Source: Ostrea edulis
Lineage: Eukaryota
Assembly: GCF_947568905.1 (NCBI RefSeq)
Contig: NC_079166.1
Location: 20,646,001-20,710,000 of the forward strand
Length of the DNA stretch: 64,000 bases
Direction: 5' to 3'
Below the pieces are notes generated by a model, which searched no databases, was not told the origin of the DNA, and saw nothing but the letters and a program-made list of their open reading frames with translations. The position numbers and the translations under genes are program-made. This document shows, one piece after another, positions 61,824-64,000 of the stretch; the stretch's first letter is position 1, and each line of letters opens with the position of its first letter.

Positions 61824-64000
61824 TTAAAAATCTTCCTTGATGAGGGTTTTTATGGTTTTCCAGAAGTTTTCATGTGTGCATGTCACCTGGGGAAATTTCG
61901 TGAAACACTTGTTTAGAACTAAGTTAGTAAGATATTTTGGAAGACGGTCGGTGTAAACGTCGGGGAAAATGACCAAATGGACGAATTCCAATCTTCTATA
62001 GCTTCCATCCTTGCCATATTCAATTCATAATTTCGCCACGGCGATTCGAGATAGCTTTTTGATATTAAGCAGATCACTCGCCTGCTGTCCTGGATAGCAT
62101 TCATAAGTTGTTCATCGCGGGGTACTCCTACGGGATCATCTCGATCTCGGATGTAAAGTTGAATATTAGAGTTGTTTTCCACTCGACGTATAAATTCCTC
62201 AAGAACGAAAGATAAATCTCTACCTGAATACGAAAACAACGCCTGCTATTTATAATAAATCAAAGGTGAATAAATCTCATTGGAATATCTCTTGACTATT
62301 CCGAAACGTTGCTTTGCTTTGAAAAGTTTGTAACGAATTTTCCATTTATTTTTCTGTAGAGTTATTACAATGATTGTACTGAAAATAAAAGCTAAAGTCA
62401 CAGACGTAACGATGTATATACCGAGATATAATTTGCAAATTGCCTTCAAGGACAGCAATGACTGCTCTGAATTCGTAAAATCAAACACTTCAGAACTTGT
62501 CAAGGAGCATTTATAGTCTACAAAGTGGGCAAAATTTCTCCTATTACATGTGATCCAGGACAGAAAGTCTACATTATCACAGGAACATAGAATCTTGTTT
62601 CCAGATAAATCAACAGTAAGGTTTGATTTTCGAAATAATGTTTCAAATGAGCGTCGGTATCTTTCCTCAATTGTGGTAAATGTGTTTTGTGCGAGGTATA
62701 TATATCTGATTTCTTTCAAATGCTCAATGTTTACCCGCCATATTGATAACAAATTATTTTTGAGATTCAATGTCTTCACCTTTCGCATATTCTTAAACAT
62801 TTGAACAGATAACGACACGATGCTATCATGTGACAAATCAAGATTTTCTAGAGGTATGAGATTTTCAAATATTTTCCCTTCCTTATCTTTCGATAATTTT
62901 TCACCAATTAGTGATTATTGCTAGATAATAACCTTTATGTGGCTAAGTACATTGTGTTGTTAATATGTATCAGTTGTTCCCCGGTTAAATTAATTACATC
63001 ATAAGCATCATATATTTATGGTTTGCAGCTTTGTGCTTAACCGACACTTATGTAATCTTCTTTTACACAGTTCTCTTTAAAACCTGACTTTACAGTCTTC
63101 TGGTTGGGCCTTAGCCAATCATTTCTATTCCCTTTGGTCAGCTGACCATTATTGATTTTTTCAACAAAGGTGACGCTAGGCTTTGTTCAACACAAAGCAA
63201 TTTTCGGTCACCACGCTTTTATTTCACTTCAACACAAAGGAATTGTCATCGTTTTGTAGTTCACTTCCATTGCCCGCCATCCACCCCTTCATACCACCGC
63301 CGTTTTTGTTGGTGGATGCCCACCTTTTTTGTGGGCAGGCAGCTATTGGGTGGCATTTATACTGGGTTTTGCTTTGTGTATTATTGTTGTATTTGTCAGT
63401 AGGGGGTCAGCTTGCACATTATGATGCCAAATTGTTTGACATACAGGATATAATCTACTGACCCCCTAATAAGCTAAATAGTTTTCTACATTGTGTATAA
63501 ATGCAGTATTGTTTGTAATTTTTTGGTGCTAGGGGGTCAGCTTCCATATTGTGATGATGATGGGTTTTCCATTTTTCTGTGTACTAGTCAACTGACCCCC
63601 TAAAAGGACTTTTAAACCACTACCATACTTAAGAAAATGTAGAGATATGTAAGAACAGAAGTTATTTGACAGGTCAAGGATTTGAATTCCCTCTTCGCCG
63701 TGCACAGGTCCATTCCATGAATAGAAAAAAATGTTCTGTAGATAGATCTCGCGTAAACTAGAGTTATTTATTCCGAATTCTGGAATCTTCATATGAAACT
63801 GACTTGCACTTGTTTCCAAGGCTTTAGGTAATGTAAATGTGAATAGTTGCTTTCTTTCAGATTTTGATATGAGAATCCTGCATCTACGCTTTCTGTGTTG
63901 TATCAACTTCCTTGATTGTAATTATTTTTTGTCCTTTAATGGGATTTGGAAGTGTATAATCACATTGATCGGTTTTCTCCTCACAGTCTTCAAATATCAA
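61824..64000 (-). pseudogene. TLR: TLR paralogue, pseudogene (5' part lies outside the window)
   Basis: Collinear with 44168-45680, including the 3' UTR. TAT to TAG at 62246-62248 in TIR box 1, a frameshifting deletion near 61990, frameshifts near 63850-63900, and a ~690-bp insertion at 62909-63602. Confidence 0.93.

Overview
AT-rich, repeat-dense eukaryotic DNA. The repeat repertoire and gene content point to a bivalve, probably an oyster (inference). The core is an innate-immune cluster. (1) A head-to-head pair of two-exon IL-17-like genes (minus 11442-12127; plus 16552-18269), each with a TATA box and a phase-0 intron that I reconstructed by hand. (2) A tandem duplicate of the whole cassette at about 24.9-30.5 kb, in which both genes are dead. 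(3) An intact single-exon Toll-like receptor (44168-46774, minus). (4) A disrupted TLR paralogue running off the right edge (61824-64000). The rest is mostly transposon-derived: Penelope-like RT elements and many of their 3' ends, an internally deleted Ty3/Gypsy element with both LTRs, a candidate solo LTR, SINEs with target-site duplications, TIR elements, a mariner fragment, a Helitron-like element and tandem repeats. There is no CRISPR array, rRNA or convincing functional tRNA. I found no clearly new multi-gene system. The most interesting points are the two atypical IL-17 proteins, their conserved promoter motifs and the non-canonical TIR domain. All alignments were done by eye, so TE boundaries are approximate unless TSDs or TIRs are quoted.
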